Source of the DNA: Diplonema japonicum
Taxonomy: Eukaryota > Protista > Euglenozoa: Diplonemea
Assembly: GCA_964019335.1 (NCBI GenBank)
Contig: OZ025732.1
Span: 62,001-126,000, forward strand
Reading direction: 5' to 3'
DNA: 64,000 nucleotides
Numbering within the stretch: position 1 is the first letter of the stretch; each line of letters starts with the position of its first letter. The notes under the pieces are model-generated. The model saw only the letters and a list, made by a program, of their open reading frames with translations, was not told the origin of the DNA and ran no database searches. Shown in pieces: positions 1 through 10,173 of the stretch. The position numbers and the translations under genes are program-made.

Positions 1-134
1 ATGAGAACACCAGTACGGTCATGAGTACCCGGGCAACCGGGTGAGCGTCTCGAGACAAAAAATATAAGAAAAGCAAGCGAACGACCCCTGTTGAATCCCT
101 ACTAAGGGTAGCCCGGCTCTGGCCAATCGAAGAC

Positions 135-1223
135 ATGATAGGATATGAGACATCCACATGGTATGAACGATTCCGGAGAATGGAAGGCACCAGCGGACAA
201 CTGGCGATGCAAGGTGAAGGAAAGGAAGAGCGGTCGTGGCTCCACAAGGCCCGAAAACGAGAGGAAGACCTGAAGATGGAACAATGTCCACGAGCTCCAC
301 TGCACAGGAAGGCAGCCATCATAGAGTGGAACACGCTGGAGAGGTTGTGCATAAGGACAGAAGGCGAGGGGACAAAGAAGCTGGAAGTGACGAAACAGAG
401 AACGGCTGCCCTCGAGATGATCGCCAAGCTCCCAAAAGCCGACATCACCGTCTACACCGATGGGTCAGTCGAAGAGGGCAAGGGCGGCGCAGGAATCGTA
501 ATAGAAAGGGCTGGGGGGACGGCGACGGAGATAAGCGTAGGCGTCTGCAACCTGTGTGACAGTTTCCAAGCAGAGATGAACGCCATCAACACGGCACTAG
601 CGAGGCTCGTGAAGGAGGACACGCAAGGGACGCAGATCAACCTGCTGACAGACTCTATGGCGTGTCTGCAAAAGCTTAAGCAAGGTCCCGCAAGGCAACA
701 AGAAGACATGGTGGTCGAGGCATGGCACAACATACACGTGCTGACAACGAGAGGAAACCACCTCACATGCTGCTTTATCCCAGGCCACTGCGGATTAGAA
801 GGAAACGAGAAGGCAGACCAACTCGCCAGCAACGGCAGAGACAAGGAAGCAACACAGAAGATAAGCATGGGTGTGGCAAAGAACCACCTAAGAAAAGCTG
901 GGAAGCGGGAAATATTAGCAGGGTTGAACAAGGAAAAGACATACAATAAGTGGGCAGGTAGAACGGAAGCACCGAAGAAGATGGAAGGGCTGAACAGGAA
1001 GGAAGAAGTGCTGATCAACCAGCTAAAGACTGGGCACCATGACCTGCTGAAGGTGGGATACGCCGAGCAGCGAATTTGCGTGAAGTGCGGCCCCAACACG
1101 AAGCGAACCCTCCAACATCTCTTCCTAGACTGTCCGTCATCCAAAGCAAGCAGGGACAAACACTTCGACACCCTGACGCTGAGACACATCCTTGTGGAGA
1201 ACCCACGAAAAGCAATCCGTTGA
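135..1223 (+). mobile_element. Ingi-2 non-LTR retrotransposon ORF2 C-terminal fragment (RNase H + zinc knuckle)
   Basis: YTDGS, LLTDS and FIPGHCGLEGNEKADQLA RNase H motifs, then LKTGH..CVKC..HLFLDCP. No RT or endonuclease upstream. Cut at ~1218 by a Fam-E fragment. Confidence 0.9.
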
Positions 1224-1638
1224 CCTCCTCGTCGGTCATCACCGGTAGCGCCGGAGTAGAAGAACGTATTGCAGATGCTCAGGGTGACGAACAGGCCTAG
1301 AAGAGGCACAGAAGAAAACAAGAAGTACTCGACAAGATCGATGCATGGGCCAAAAGCGGGGAACTTAAACTGTCGTACAAGAAAACCTGCTTGAAGGGCA
1401 CCAGGTGGTTGCAATTAAAAAGAACAGCCCCACTCCGTACCCCCTACAGCAGGAAGGCGTGCAACATCGGGGAGTAGCTGTACGGGATGTCCTACGCCAA
1501 GACGTCAGACAACGACGACGACCCTGGGGAGCTTGTTGTGTCTCGATCTTCACCTTCATTTATATATTTCCTCGTTTGCAAGATCACTTTCAAACAGAAA
1601 CACAACAACAAAAATAAAAAAAGAAAAGAAGAAAAGAA

Positions 1639-2790
1639 ATGAACGATATGACAGTGTTCGTGAAGACGGGAGGTGGGGTTCACGATGTGGAAGTGTCGGG
1701 GAAGGAGACGGTGGGGAGCCTGTACAAGAAGGCGGGGTGTGCTGCTGGTTTACTCGAAGGCAGGTTCAAACTGGTTTGGGAGGGTGAGGTCCTTGACAGG
1801 AATGGGGGTGAAGAGCTTCAGCAACTTGCCCTCGTGGAGGGCTCCGTGGTCCATGTGGAGGAGAACAAGAAAACAGTTCATTTGGAAGAGCTGAAGGACG
1901 AGAACTCAGAAGTGGTTTCGGAGCTTGAGGGTCTTGTGTCAGCTGATCCTGAGCTTGTTCTGGTGGTGGAGGTGGGGGACTCTCCAGCTGTCTTGTCCAT
2001 GAGCAGCAGTGACCTTCCTTCTGGACTTCGGTTCCTTGTTGTCACCGACTCCACAGGCTGTGTTACAAGTATAGACAATGATTTTCTTCAAGAATGCCAC
2101 CACCTGACGTCTGTCTCTCTCATCCTCCCCAATGTTTCTACCATTCTTGATGACGTTTTAAGAGACTGCACCAATCTAGAAACCATCGACTTGAATGTGA
2201 TGACCAATCTTAATTCCATTGGTGATTACTTCTTGTTTGGGTGCAAAGAACTAGAAACCATCAACTTGAATGCAATGACCAATCTTAATTCTATTGGTGA
2301 TGGCTTCTTGTCACAGTGCGAAAATCTAGAAACCATCGACTTGAATGGGATGACCAAACTTAATTCAGTTGGACATTACTTCTTGTTAGGGTGCGAAAAA
2401 CTAGAGACCATCGACTTGCATGCGATGACCAATCTTGATTCAATTGGTGATCGCTTCTTGTCAGGGTGCGAAAATCTAGAAACCACCAACTTGAGTTCGA
2501 TGACCAATCTTTATTCCATTGGTGATTACTTCTTGTGTGGGTGCGAAAAACTAGAAACCATCAACTTGAATGTGATGACCAATCTTTCTTCCATTGGTGA
2601 TTACTTTTTGTGTGGGTGCGGAAAACTAAAAACCATCAACTTGAATGGGATGACCAATCTTTCTTCTGTTGGTGATGGCTTCTTGTCAGGGTGTAACAAT
2701 TTAGAGACCATCGTTTTGAGAGGAGGCACTGATACTTTTAACAAGCTCTTAGAGGCTAAGGTGCCACCGGGGGTAAGTATACAGAAATAG
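1639..2790 (+). CDS. Ubiquitin-like domain + 25-aa BspA-like leucine-rich repeat protein
   Basis: N-terminal MTVFVKTGGGVHDVEVSGKETVGSL..FKLVWEGEVL (UBL pattern); repeats LETIxLNxMTNLxSIGxxFLxGC. Confidence 0.85.
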   Translation: MNDMTVFVKTGGGVHDVEVSGKETVGSLYKKAGCAAGLLEGRFKLVWEGEVLDRNGGEELQQLALVEGSVVHVEENKKTVHLEELKDENSEVVSELEGLVSADPELVLVVEVGDSPAVLSMSSSDLPSGLRFLVVTDSTGCVTSIDNDFLQECHHLTSVSLILPNVSTILDDVLRDCTNLETIDLNVMTNLNSIGDYFLFGCKELETINLNAMTNLNSIGDGFLSQCENLETIDLNGMTKLNSVGHYFLLGCEKLETIDLHAMTNLDSIGDRFLSGCENLETTNLSSMTNLYSIGDYFLCGCEKLETINLNVMTNLSSIGDYFLCGCGKLKTINLNGMTNLSSVGDGFLSGCNNLETIVLRGGTDTFNKLLEAKVPPGVSIQK

Positions 2791-3497
2791 AAATAAAAGA
2801 AAAGAGTACATTTTGCACCTCTTGCTTCACTTGGAAGCAGATGACTTTTTATGTTTTTACTTTCCTCCGTTTGCCCTGTCTTGATCCTGTCACATACTGC
2901 AGGTTCCCTACTTAGACGGACTGTGAGCGATGATCTTACCGCAGATGCCATCCATGACTGAAAGGCAAACCCCGACAGCTAACACCAAGATGCAACAGCA
3001 GAATAGTGACAGGCACGTGTAGGATCCCCTGTCCGCGGTAGGCACCAACCATGGCACAAATACCGCAAAAATTTGTTGATCTTCCGGCGTCTTTTCTCTG
3101 AAGACCATTTTCACAAAATCTGCAGAAAACATGAGGGGCTGGCTTGGGTCTTGTCACACGTTGTGTCTTGAGAAAGTGGGCTTTGGTCCACGTACGTCCT
3201 GGCCATTGCCTCGCTTTGCCATCCTAGATGAGTGGCCGGTTGGGATGAAAGAAACATGAAGAAACAAAATAAAGTTACTTTATCTGGATTCCCTCTAAAG
3301 GGATTTTGGCTAGTGGACAGGAAAATAAAGTTCTCTATATTTTCCGGCAGCCACCCAGGCCGCCCTAAGCACACATGGTATCAAAATCCATGCATCAAGC
3401 AGGAGAAGTAGTAGCTGACTAGTAGCCCAACTACTGGTTCACCCTTTTTTTCTTTTCTTTTCTGCCATCATTTATTTTTTAGTAGAACGTCCTCAGC

Positions 3498-3542
<45 letters not shown>

Positions 3543-4400
3543 GCTAGGTTGGGGGGCAAAAACAATAAAATAACAGATTCTGCTATTAAAGTGGACTTTA
3601 CCCCTTTCCCTTGGCCCATTTTCTGTCCCTTGGGTCATGATTATCCCAATGTTTTTTATTGTTTTCCAATTGGTTTTTTTACTGTCATATTATTTGTCTT
3701 TTTCTGCAGTGGCTCCTCCAATGAATGGTAGGAATGCACCAGGGCCCTGATAAAAGGGTGGGGAGCCGCAGCGAGAGGTGCAGTGTATTTTCTTCTTTCC
3801 CCAGGGCTTTCCCCCCCTTTTTTTTCTTTTTTTTTGTGGTTTTATGTCTCTTCTTCTTTTCTTCACTTTCTTTTATGAAGAGTATTATTATTGTGTTCCT
3901 GTGAGTTTACCTTCAAGGCAAGTACAGGAAGAAAGAAAAAAAACAAAAATAAAATAAAATGGGAGGCATGCTGTGAGCGGAGAAGAACAAAAGCACTAAC
4001 GAAACGCTGAAAGCAGCTGGGGACAAAGCGAGGGATGGATGACCACACGTAGTGCAACCTCAGGGGGGGGCTTGGCGTGTGGGCCTCTTTGGATGACAGC
4101 GACCGACGACGATGAGGCCTCGGCCCCACCACCCTGCCCTTCAGGCTGCACTGGGGTGTTTCTCAATTGCCTCTGGCAAACCTACTCAAAGCACTACTCC
4201 CTCACAGCACCCTTAGTTAACACTTAGCAAGTGACTTGCAGGCACCAGGTACGCATCCAAAAGGACAAGCTAGCTGTGTACCCCTGCAGCACCCTCCATG
4301 CTTCCTCACAGCACCCTTAGTTAACACTTAGCAAGTGACTTGCAGGGCACCAGGTGGTTGTTCAAGAGACAAGATAGCTGTTCCTACTCTGTCCCAAATA

Positions 4401-4522
4401 TGAGAACACCAGTACGGTCATGAGTACCAACCGGGTGAGCGTCTCGAGACACTTCCAACCCACCTAGTGGGTGCGGCCTTAGCAAGTCGAAAAGGAAGTG
4501 GAATTTAAAAAAAAAAAAAAAA
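4401..4522 (+). mobile_element. Ingi-2 3' end (subfamily A) with GGAATTT-poly(A) tail
   Basis: Same sequence at 1-56, 9790-9878, 19986-20062 and 61671-61755. At 61378-61755 it is joined to the end of the Ingi-2 ORF (VENPRKAI). Confidence 0.8.
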
Positions 4523-4775
4523 TACTGTAAAATGAAAAACTCCGGACGGAAAAATGTCCGAGTTTTTTTGGCGTCCGGGAATTTTTCCTTCCGGGAGTTT
4601 TTTTTTAGGTAAGGCCGTCAGGGGGCCTGGTCCACTACCACCTGCAAACTGGCCTGGGCTGCAAACGGCAACCGCGCGAAGAAACCCCCAGGGTTCCCTT
4701 TCTGCATCTTTGTCCTCCCTTGCTGCCCCTGAGGCAATCAGCTTGTCGAGCCTTCGTGTGGCCCACTATTTATAA
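4523..4775 (-). mobile_element. Right end of a pogo/Tigger-like DNA transposon
   Basis: Reverse complement of ~23960-24150. Begins TACTGTAAAA plus CCGGACGGAAAAA subterminal repeats, as at 22448. Confidence 0.7.
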
Positions 4776-4927
4776 CCTTAATAGATGCTTTAGAATAAAG
4801 AAGCGAAAAAGTGAAATAAAAAGGGGAGCAAGGATCTTATTCTTATTATGCTTGCTAAAGGGGACTTACGACATATTTACTACAACATATTAAAAGCTGA
4901 AGAAACCCGGAGATAGAAAACACAAAC

Positions 4928-6268
4928 ATGAGCCTCACAGTGTTGATCAGGACTGTCGACGAGGATGTGGTGCACGAGGTGGAGCTGTCTGGGTTTGACA
5001 GGGTGAAGGACCTGTACAGGAAGGCGGCAGAGGCTTCTGCGGTGGAGGAGGGGATATTCCTCTTGCACTTCGAAGGTGTTGTCTTGGATAATGATGGGAC
5101 ATCTGGCGGTGGTGGGAAGGAGCAGGAGATACAGCAGCTTGGGATGGGGCAGGGGAGCGAGCTTCTCTTGTGCGGTATTAGTCATAATAAACCACTTGAT
5201 GTCAACGTCAGTCATGTGGAGCTCTGGAGTCGAAGAGAGGAGATTGCAAGGCTTCTTGAGGAGAATCCTGAGCTTTCTCTTGCGGTGGATGTCACTGGTC
5301 TGGACTGTCTTGATGTCAGGCTCACAAGCAAGCTTCCCTCAAAGCTTCGGCACCTCAAGGTGTGGTCCCTGGGCGGTGCGACCTCTATTGGGGACTCCTT
5401 TTTGTCTCGCTCCTCACTCGTCACCTTGGACCTGACGGCCTTGCAGGGTGTTCAGTCCGTTGGGCACTCTTTCCTCTGCGAGTGCAGATCCCTAACTACT
5501 GTTGATCTGTGTTCCCTCCGGAACTGGGTACCTGTCGGACATAAGTTCCTTGAAGGCTGTTCTTCATTGACTTCTGTTGATCTGAGTACTTTGCGGAATG
5601 TTCAGTCCATTGGGAACTGGTTTCTTTCGGATTGCAGCTCTCTGAAGACTGTTGATCTGAGCCCCCTTCGCAATGTCACCACCGTCGGCAGCGGTTTTCT
5701 CACTGGCCTCAAGTCGTTGGCTTCTGTTGACCTGAGTCCCTTGCAGAATGTGACCAGGATGAACCACTGTCATTTCATGTCTCATTGTGCTTCTTTAAGA
5801 TCTATCGATCTGAGCCCCCTGCACAACACCTTTCATAAATTCCGGGTGTACTATTTTCTCTACGGATGCAAAGCTCTAACGACTGTGGATCTGGGTCCTT
5901 TGTGGAACGTTCAGTCAGTTGGCGATGCTTTTCTCAACAGCTGCAAGTCTTTGAAAACAATTGATCTGAGCCCCCTTCGCAATGTCACCACTGTCGGCAG
6001 CTGTTTTCTTTCAGGGACCCCAGTGGCACACAGGAAAGATGTTCTGGAATTCCTCAGACTACGGGTACAGGAGCGAATAGAGCCAACAAGGTTCGTGGGC
6101 CCTGAGCAACTAGCACAACAAAAGGAGCAACCAGCAAAGCCAACAAGGTTCGTGGGCCCTGAGCTACCAGAACAACAAAAGGAGCAACCAACAAAGCCAA
6201 CAAGGTTCCGGGGCCCTCCTGTGAGGCAAACAACCTGTAAAAGTAAAGAGTGTTGCATCGTTTCCTGA
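4928..6268 (+). CDS. UBL + LRR protein (second subtype) with C-terminal CaaX box
   Basis: UBL N-terminus, LxTVDLSPLRNVxxVGxxFL repeats, 57-nt repeat at 6081-6215, ends CCIVS. Confidence 0.85.
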   Translation: MSLTVLIRTVDEDVVHEVELSGFDRVKDLYRKAAEASAVEEGIFLLHFEGVVLDNDGTSGGGGKEQEIQQLGMGQGSELLLCGISHNKPLDVNVSHVELWSRREEIARLLEENPELSLAVDVTGLDCLDVRLTSKLPSKLRHLKVWSLGGATSIGDSFLSRSSLVTLDLTALQGVQSVGHSFLCECRSLTTVDLCSLRNWVPVGHKFLEGCSSLTSVDLSTLRNVQSIGNWFLSDCSSLKTVDLSPLRNVTTVGSGFLTGLKSLASVDLSPLQNVTRMNHCHFMSHCASLRSIDLSPLHNTFHKFRVYYFLYGCKALTTVDLGPLWNVQSVGDAFLNSCKSLKTIDLSPLRNVTTVGSCFLSGTPVAHRKDVLEFLRLRVQERIEPTRFVGPEQLAQQKEQPAKPTRFVGPELPEQQKEQPTKPTRFRGPPVRQTTCKSKECCIVS

Positions 6269-7046
6269 TGACTTCACGGGGCAGGAAGAAGGCATCACGG
6301 GCTACCGTCACCCCTCCAACACCTACTTATCTAATAGTGCAATTTAAAAAGAAAGAAAGGAAAGTCCTACTTCTTCTTCTTTCTTTTCTTGTATCGTTGT
6401 CTTTTTCACTTTTCTCTCATTTCCTTTGTTCCTTTTTTTCCCATTCGTCCCCCTGCTGCCCCTTCCGCAAACCTAAACTACCCGTTCAACTTCCCCTCCT
6501 GTTTCTTACTATTTGGACGTTCCAAAACAGGGACCTCCTTTATCTCATCTCTACTATTTTCTTTCTTCTGCATAACATTGCAGTTCCCTGACCTGCTCAT
6601 ATACGTAAGAAAGCCCCCCCCCAAAAAAAACGAACTTATTCTCAGTAAACATTTTAGCCACCCCGATAACGTGATCTTGGGCAGGAAGTCCAGCCTCATT
6701 TTGGGGTGAGCCGCGGACGAGAGTCGTGATTGACGGGAGAGCCCGAACAAGGCGCACCACTGTGTCTCATGGTGTAGAGGAACAGACCAATCGTATTACA
6801 AAAAGCTACAGACAAGCGAGCAAAGTACGCGAGTGTCAATCCTGTGGGGGCTTTTTTACAATGAAGTTTCATCCGATCAAACGATTCTTCACGCACTCAA
6901 CCTCTCATGGGAACACGCACACGTCCCGCAGAGTTGGCGCAACCCAACAAAAACAGAGCACACCTCTGTAACCTAACTGAGAAGCTTTTGAAAACACGGA
7001 GACACGTTCTCTATGCACCTCCTACCCCCAACAACAGAAAATAAAA

Positions 7047-7346
7047 ATGAACGATATGACAGTGTTCGTGAAGACGGGAGGTGGGGTTCACGATGTGGAA
7101 GTGTCGGGGAAGGAGACGGTGGGGAGCCTGTACAAGAAGGCGGGGTGTGCTGCTGGTTTACTCGAAGGCAGGTTCAAACTGGTTTGGGAGGGTGAGGTCC
7201 TTGACAGGAACGGCTGTGAAGAGCTTCATTCACTTGCCCTCTTGGAGGGCTCCGTGGTCCATGTGGAGGAGAACAAGAGGAGAACCGTTCGTCTGGCAGA
7301 GCTGAAGGACGAGAACTCAGGAGTGGTTTCGGAGCTTGAGGGTCTT
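7047..7346 (+). pseudogene. 3'-truncated UBL-LRR gene (UBL only)
   Basis: Near-identical to 1639 and 11520 up to SELEGL, then unrelated sequence. Confidence 0.8.
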
Positions 7347-7523
7347 ACGCTGATATCACGTCAGCTAGGCACTACGGTGCGGGTGGCAGAACACTTCGTT
7401 ATTCTGGCCTTAAAAAGAAATAAAAAAGAAGCTTTTTCCTCTCTTTTAATATCAACATGCACAATTTTATAACAACAAACAACGCAGGAGTTTGAAAGAA
7501 AACAAAAGAAAAGAGACATAACC

Positions 7524-9053
7524 ATGAAAGGAAGCGAAGGACCATCGGCAGTGACGCTGCAGGCGAGGCTCCCCACCTCTGAGACCATCAGCATTGAGGC
7601 AGTGGCTTCGGAGGAGATGATGAAGGTGAAGGAGAGGATCGCATCGATGGGACGGTTGGATGTGGACAGCTTCACCCTCACCTTCGATGGGGAGGTGGTG
7701 GCGGCAGCTGCTGACGACGGCGGTGGGCAGCTTGTCGAAGATCTTCCTTTTGAGGATGGAAGCATGCTTGAAGTGGTGGTGTGCAAGAGGCAGGCGGCTC
7801 TGTTGAAACTCTCTGAGATGGGGATCGAAGTGAAAGGAAGGGACTTGTACGGAGTCTTACGTGATGGCTTACGTGATGGCTTACGTGATGGCTTACGTGA
7901 TGGCTTACGTGATGGCTTACGTGATGGCTTACGTGATGGCTTACGTGATGGCTTACGTGATGGCTTACGTGATGGCTTACGTGATGGCTTACGTGATGGC
8001 TTACGTGATGGCTTACGTGATGGCTTACGTGATGGCTTACGTGATGGCTTACGTGATGGCTTACGTGATGGCTTACGTGATGGCTTACGTGACTTTTCAG
8101 ATGACAGACACAGACACAGACACTTTACAGAGGGGGACGTAATAGAAGACGAGAAGGTTATGAACTGCGAGATTATGAACCTTCTCCTGGATGCTGGGGT
8201 GAGTGGTGGGGAGGAGAAGGTTTTTCACATGGCGGCCCAGCACAATCTTCCTTCTTGTGTGGAGGTCCTCTTGATTCGCACTTCTGTGGACGTGAATTCA
8301 AAAGTGTTTTGCGAAGATTTAAGCACTCCTTCTTGTGTGGACGTGAATTCAGAAATAGGTCTCCCTTACGATTGGGGATGTTCGTATACAGCACTTCACC
8401 GGGCCACTTCTGAGGAGGTGGCGGCTGTTCTCTTGAGACACAATGCAGATGTCAACGCAAGAGACAGTGAAGGTGTTCCTGTCATTCACGGTTCAACAAA
8501 CATGCTTTCTCTACTTCTGAAACACAATGCAGATGTGAATGCGAGAGACTGGGAAGGAAGGACAGTTCTTCATCGCCATGTTGATCCCTCTGCTGTACAC
8601 CTGCTTCTTGAACACAAGGCAGACATCGAAGCAAAAGACAAGGAGGGAAGAACACCCCTGTGCTTGGCTTATCTAAACATGGCAGAAGCACTTCTTGAGC
8701 ACAATGCTGATGTGAAGGCAAGGGACTATAGAGGGAACACGTGTCTGCACCACGCTGTTAAAAGGGGTTATTTAGATGTGTTGCCTGTTCTGCTGAGACA
8801 CAATGCAGATGTGACGGCAAGGAACGATGAAGGGAAGACGGCTCTCGATCTTGTCCACTCTGATGATGATGATGATGATGATGATGGATATAGGGACTTC
8901 AGAGCAGCGACGATGCGATACCTGTTGGAGGACCCGAGTCTCGCTCATGATCTGGAGCTGTTCGAAAGTGGGAGGGAGCTGAGCGACGTCAGCAGGCTTC
9001 CTGTTGTTCAACTGCTTTCAAGGAGTATCGCCCGTTGGGATGAAGAATACTGA
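7524..9053 (+). CDS. UBL + ankyrin-repeat protein with in-frame (LRDG)n expansion
   Basis: UBL-like N-terminus; ankyrin repeats LLxHNADVNARDxEGxTxLH. Confidence 0.85.
   Translation: MKGSEGPSAVTLQARLPTSETISIEAVASEEMMKVKERIASMGRLDVDSFTLTFDGEVVAAAADDGGGQLVEDLPFEDGSMLEVVVCKRQAALLKLSEMGIEVKGRDLYGVLRDGLRDGLRDGLRDGLRDGLRDGLRDGLRDGLRDGLRDGLRDGLRDGLRDGLRDGLRDGLRDGLRDGLRDGLRDGLRDFSDDRHRHRHFTEGDVIEDEKVMNCEIMNLLLDAGVSGGEEKVFHMAAQHNLPSCVEVLLIRTSVDVNSKVFCEDLSTPSCVDVNSEIGLPYDWGCSYTALHRATSEEVAAVLLRHNADVNARDSEGVPVIHGSTNMLSLLLKHNADVNARDWEGRTVLHRHVDPSAVHLLLEHKADIEAKDKEGRTPLCLAYLNMAEALLEHNADVKARDYRGNTCLHHAVKRGYLDVLPVLLRHNADVTARNDEGKTALDLVHSDDDDDDDDGYRDFRAATMRYLLEDPSLAHDLELFESGRELSDVSRLPVVQLLSRSIARWDEEY
7856..8092 (+). 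repeat. Perfect 12-bp tandem repeat (CTTACGTGATGG) x ~19.75
   Basis: Read directly from the sequence; encodes LRDG. Confidence 0.97.
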
Positions 9054-9379
9054 TTGGAGGAGTACGCCCACCGGCAAGCCCCCCGACGAGCCCACCGACT
9101 AGCCGTCTACCTACCCTGCTTCTTCATCCTAACTTAAAACCATTTCAGCTACCTAGCAAGCTAATCAAAAGGCAGCAGGAAGAAAACAAATCAAGTGTAA
9201 ACAAATAGAAAAAAAAAAAAAAAAAAAAAAAAAAAGGAAAGAAAGAAAAAATAACATAAACCCCAACAACCCTCTTCCCCCATGAGCATCAACAAAAAAA
9301 AAAAAAAAAACAAAAAAAAAAAAAAAGAATCCCGAGGACTGGCAACCAAAGGAGAAGAAAAAAAAAAAAAAAAAAAAGA

Positions 9380-9552
9380 AAAGCCATTAGCCAAACAGTG
9401 GAAAGAGAATACCCATGTCACAAAGGTGCTAGAACAATAACACAGGCCGACACGAAAGCACGAACGTCTCAACACACTTCCGTTGGCTCCACACAGCCCA
9501 GCTGGGTGGGGTCGGTCTGGCTAGACCAAGAGGAGGTGGAATTTAAAAAAAA
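9380..9552 (+). mobile_element. Ingi-2 3' end (subfamily B) with GGAATTT-poly(A)
   Basis: Near-identical to 45010-45194, which follows the RNase H ORF at 44184. Partial copy at 16381-16450. Confidence 0.8.
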
Positions 9553-10173
9553 AAGAAAAACTATTTGGACGTTCCAAAACAGGGACCTCCTTTATCTCAT
9601 CTCTACCATTCTGCATAACATTGCAGTTCCCTGACCCGCTCATCCACATAAGAAACCCCCCACATCCAGCACCCCCTGACTGACTATTCAACATATAAGA
9701 AGATGCTGAGGACCGGCACCCTCAGTAGCCTTCAAAAAAAAAAAAAAAAAAAAAAAAAAAAGCCAAACAACCAGCAAAGCTTGTGGAAAAGAGAACACCA
9801 GTACGGTCATGAGTACCCGAGCAACCGGGTAAGCGTCTCGAGACACTTCCAACCCACCTATTGGGTGCGGCCTTAGCATTACGTTCTTCCACTCGGGCGC
9901 TACCGGTGATGACCGACGAGGAGGTCAACAGCGAACAACACATCTGATGTACTTCTTATATTTTCATGTTATTTCCACCACCTTTTTTTTTTTTTTTTTT
10001 TTTTGTCACCCGACTCACCGCAGTGTAGTCGGGGACCAATGCTCGCAATAAGCAATGGGTATTTTTCCAATCATTTTTTTTTACCGACTTGTAATGGAAG
10101 TTCCTACTCGCGAAAGTGGAATCGACTATAAAAAGAAGTCCCACTTCTTCATATTAGTAACGTTGTTTGTTGC

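Noticed and set aside
4883-4900. Possible decayed SL (CAACATATTAAAAGCT) upstream of the 4928 gene
   Set aside because: Lacks the conserved CAGTTTCTGTAC core; too weak.
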